Below, piece by piece: positions 61,217 through 64,000 of a stretch of DNA of 64,000 nucleotides. This DNA comes from Penicillus capitatus (taxonomy: Eukaryota > Plantae > Chlorophyta). The stretch is taken from assembly GCA_965649825.1 (NCBI GenBank), contig OZ287701.1, positions 609,101-673,100 of the forward strand. Reading direction: 5' to 3'. Below the pieces are notes generated by a model. The model was not told the DNA's origin. It saw only the letters and a program-made list of their open reading frames with translations, and did no database searches. A program made the translations under genes and the position numbers. Position 1 is the stretch's first letter; each line of letters starts with the position of its first letter.

Positions 61217-63947
61217 TCAAAGTTGTTGCGCCCTGTTGCGCCTTCTGAGCATCTCTTGACTACCTTCCACTTCTATAATACATCTTCGGAGGGTATCGCA
61301 ATCTCTACTCTCGTCCTCGACCAGGCACACAAATTTTGAGTCTATCTTGCGTGCACGTCCTCTGGACTGAAGGTACTCCGTTCCAGACAAGGGCACAGCA
61401 TAGCGCACAACAAGCTCACACTTGACCACATTGATACCCTCTTCGGAAACGTTTGTCGTGATCAGGACTCTTTTGCCCTCTTCTTTAAACCATTCAAGAA
61501 CGTCTTGTAGCTGTCTTTGTGTCATTCCCTGCAGCCACGTTGCAAGAGTGGGTGGGCTATGGAATGTATCGAGTGAACAGACCTGCTCGATTGGAGCTAG
61601 TGGTCTTGCATCTTGTCCTTTGGATTTCGCTTGTCCTACTGCTCCTTTGAATTCCATAGACGACTGCAGAGGCGACTGCTCCAACATCCGACACATCTGA
61701 TTTACTGCTGATCGAGTGCGCACAAAGACCATTGCGTGGAATTCGTCCTCATTCCTACACAGACACACGCCTGATGCAAATGACAGACAGTATCGGGGAC
61801 AGACTCGTAGTCTTGAAGAATCTCCACGAGCGTCGCAAACTTGGGATACTGACCAACTTCGGGCGTGGCTACCTCGCCATTGAACCAAACTGAACGCGGC
61901 ATCATCTTTATATAAGGACTGTTGTGCAGCTTGGAATAGAGTTGATGAAAAAGGGATTCTTGATCCTTTGCCTCGCACTCAGCAATCACACTCTTCATCT
62001 CGCGCACCATATCTTCCAGCCTGTAGATCAGCGTATTCATGGCAGATTCGTATCCAAGATCCTTGGACTGCAGAGCATATGTCAGAGGTATCAGACAGGC
62101 ATTCAGTTACAGAGGCTGATGTACCTCTTGAACGGCGTTTTCCATGAGGCAGATGGCGAAAACGGCCTTCTCAATGTCTTTCTTGAGACAGGCATCTACA
62201 GACGATCGGTTGAGGCGACACGTCACATCAACTCTCCATTGTTGAAATTGGTAATCGGTGACATCCTCACTCAGTATAGCCAAATAGGCAGGACATCGCA
62301 CTCCATTCAATTCAGAAAGCCCTGAGAATTGGTTGCGTTGTTGGGAGAATCTGTGCAGAAGATGACGTGCGTACCGAGAGATGTAAAATGTTTCTGAAGG
62401 AGGCCTTCAAACGCTTCACGGACAAATCCGCAGATAAATTCTCGCAGATGGTGGTCATCTGGGCGCGCTTTCACACATAGGATCTTTGTTTCCGCCTGGG
62501 GAATGTTCTCCCTGATCTCCTCATTGTCATCATTGATGTTGATGAAATTCTCTTCTCTGACACCCAATATCTCCAGCAGATTCTCAAAGTTCTTGCTGCG
62601 CCGCTGAGCATTCTTGCCAAACGTAGGAGTCGCTGTGAGACCCAGTATCTATACGCACAGAAGGTGAGCGATCGGGTTGGGTCGCTTCGGTTTATCCGGA
62701 TACGGTCATACCTTGATTCGTGCTTCCCTATTCTCTGGTCTGTGATACTTGTATCTCTCCAGAATCGCAGTGAAAGGACTCTCTCCTTTGGCGTTGTGCA
62801 CCTCATCCAGGATCTACCATCATTGCACCGTTCAGGGAGATGAACTGGTAGGACATGAATGTCTTGCCATAAGTTGGATCATGGAGAATCTGATGTGACG
62901 TTCGAAGAGATGGTTGCGGAGTTTTTCGGCGGTGATGATGATGACCGAGTGTTTCAGTATCGTTTCCACAGACGCCGAAGAATCGCCACTGAATGCCCCG
63001 ACCTTGTAGCCGGCAGCACGGAATCCATGCTCTTCGAAGGCGTCTTTGTGTTGATTGGTGAGTGCTCTCTTGGGCACCACCACCACGACTCTCGCAGATG
63101 GGTCCAGCATCAGCATCCGACGGGCCACTTCGATAAAGATTCTCGTCTTGCCGGCGCCAGTAGCAGCCGTTAGGAGGCAGTTGCCTCTCATCATGATGCG
63201 CTCGACGGCCGTCGTTTGGTAACTACGCAGCGAAAGAGGCGGAATGGAGCCATCGATCAGCAAAACGTCTCTCCGTCGATCTTCCTCCAAGCTGGGAGAC
63301 CAGTGCCACTCTGAAGCTGCGCCTCGATGAATGGGACGAGAGATCGGAGAAATAAAGGCAGCATTCATGGCTTGTTTGCCACATCTTGAGTAGAGAAGGC
63401 GCAGACAGTCCTCAAAGGCTGGATGTTCCACAATGCGGCCGATAACGTCCTGACGGAAACTCTGTCGATCATCTCTGGCGTATTCCAACAGATACGCTTT
63501 GTTGTCTTCGGGCGTTTCGCTTCCAGGCGGTTGTTTCTTTGGCGGGGACTTTTTGGTATTCCGATGAACAAATTGACGTATCGATCCCCATCTTTGTGAT
63601 CCCTCAGCAGCTTCTCGTCGAACACCTGATGGCGTCGAGATCCTTGGAAGCTGGGAAGAAGCTGACGAAACATTTGACCCACTGCTTTTCGTCAGAGCAC
63701 TGTTTTTTTGGCGATCCGACAGAGAGGAATCGTAACTGGGTGTATAAGATAAAACGCCCTTCGTTTCATTCGAGTCTTCCTCATCGGACCACTCCATTCG
63801 ACACGGCTCGACCAGTTTTTTAGCTTCTCCTTCTTCGAGCTGTTGAATCTCATACAGGACATGACGCTTCTCAACGCTGCCCTCAATTTCCACCGTGGCA
63901 TTGCTGAGCCGCGACTTGGAGCTCGGAAAGAGCCGAGAAGATGCCAT
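61217..63947 (-). CDS. SF2 DExH helicase of the RIG-I/Dicer/FANCM group, stand-alone; spliced
   Basis: Q motif LRSYQ, motif I ATGAGKT, Ia VVVPKRAL, Ib VIIITAEKL, II ILDEVH (after a GC-AG intron), III LTAT, IV MVFVRTR, GMTQRQLQDVLEWF, V LITTNVSEEGINV, VI YLQSRGRARK. Confidence 0.88.
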
Positions 63948-64000
63948 GATTCTCACATCGGTATCATTGCTTTTCAGGATAACACGACATCCGTCCAGAT

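Noticed and set aside
1-64000. Non-standard genetic code (TAA/TAG = Gln) as in some ulvophyte algae
   Set aside because: Long exons and intronless ORFs have no in-frame TAA/TAG, Gln is encoded by CAA/CAG, and TAA/TAG terminate recognisable proteins.

Overview
Gene-dense eukaryotic nuclear DNA with many short introns (mostly about 45-60 nt) and the standard genetic code. Gene content points to a green alga: plastid ferrochelatase with a CAB tail, an SnRK2-family kinase, TRP channels and an ArsS-type radical SAM enzyme. A compact-intron ulvophyte or bryopsidalean seaweed is my inference, not proven. Housekeeping genes: DNAJC17-like, F-box/LRR, ferrochelatase, WDR11, FUN14, VHS/GAT (TOM1-like), ALG6 and Nup98. 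Accessory or defence-like genes: (1) two convergent paralogous TPR genes with near-identical 129-bp repeats, one complete with an NB-ARC/STAND domain and one cut by the window edge; (2) a predicted signal-peptide trypsin protease fused to about 31 ankyrin repeats, each on its own phase-0 exon of about 99 nt; (3) a stand-alone RIG-I/Dicer-type DExH helicase; (4) two tandem BAHD acyltransferases; (5) an SnRK2-derived pseudokinase; (6) two tandem TRP channel paralogs. Between the TRP paralogs sits an intact 5.1-kb LINE with a 13-bp TSD and a (CA)n tail, head-to-head with an older related LINE remnant. All gene models were spliced by eye, so outer coordinates are approximate and no database searches were run.
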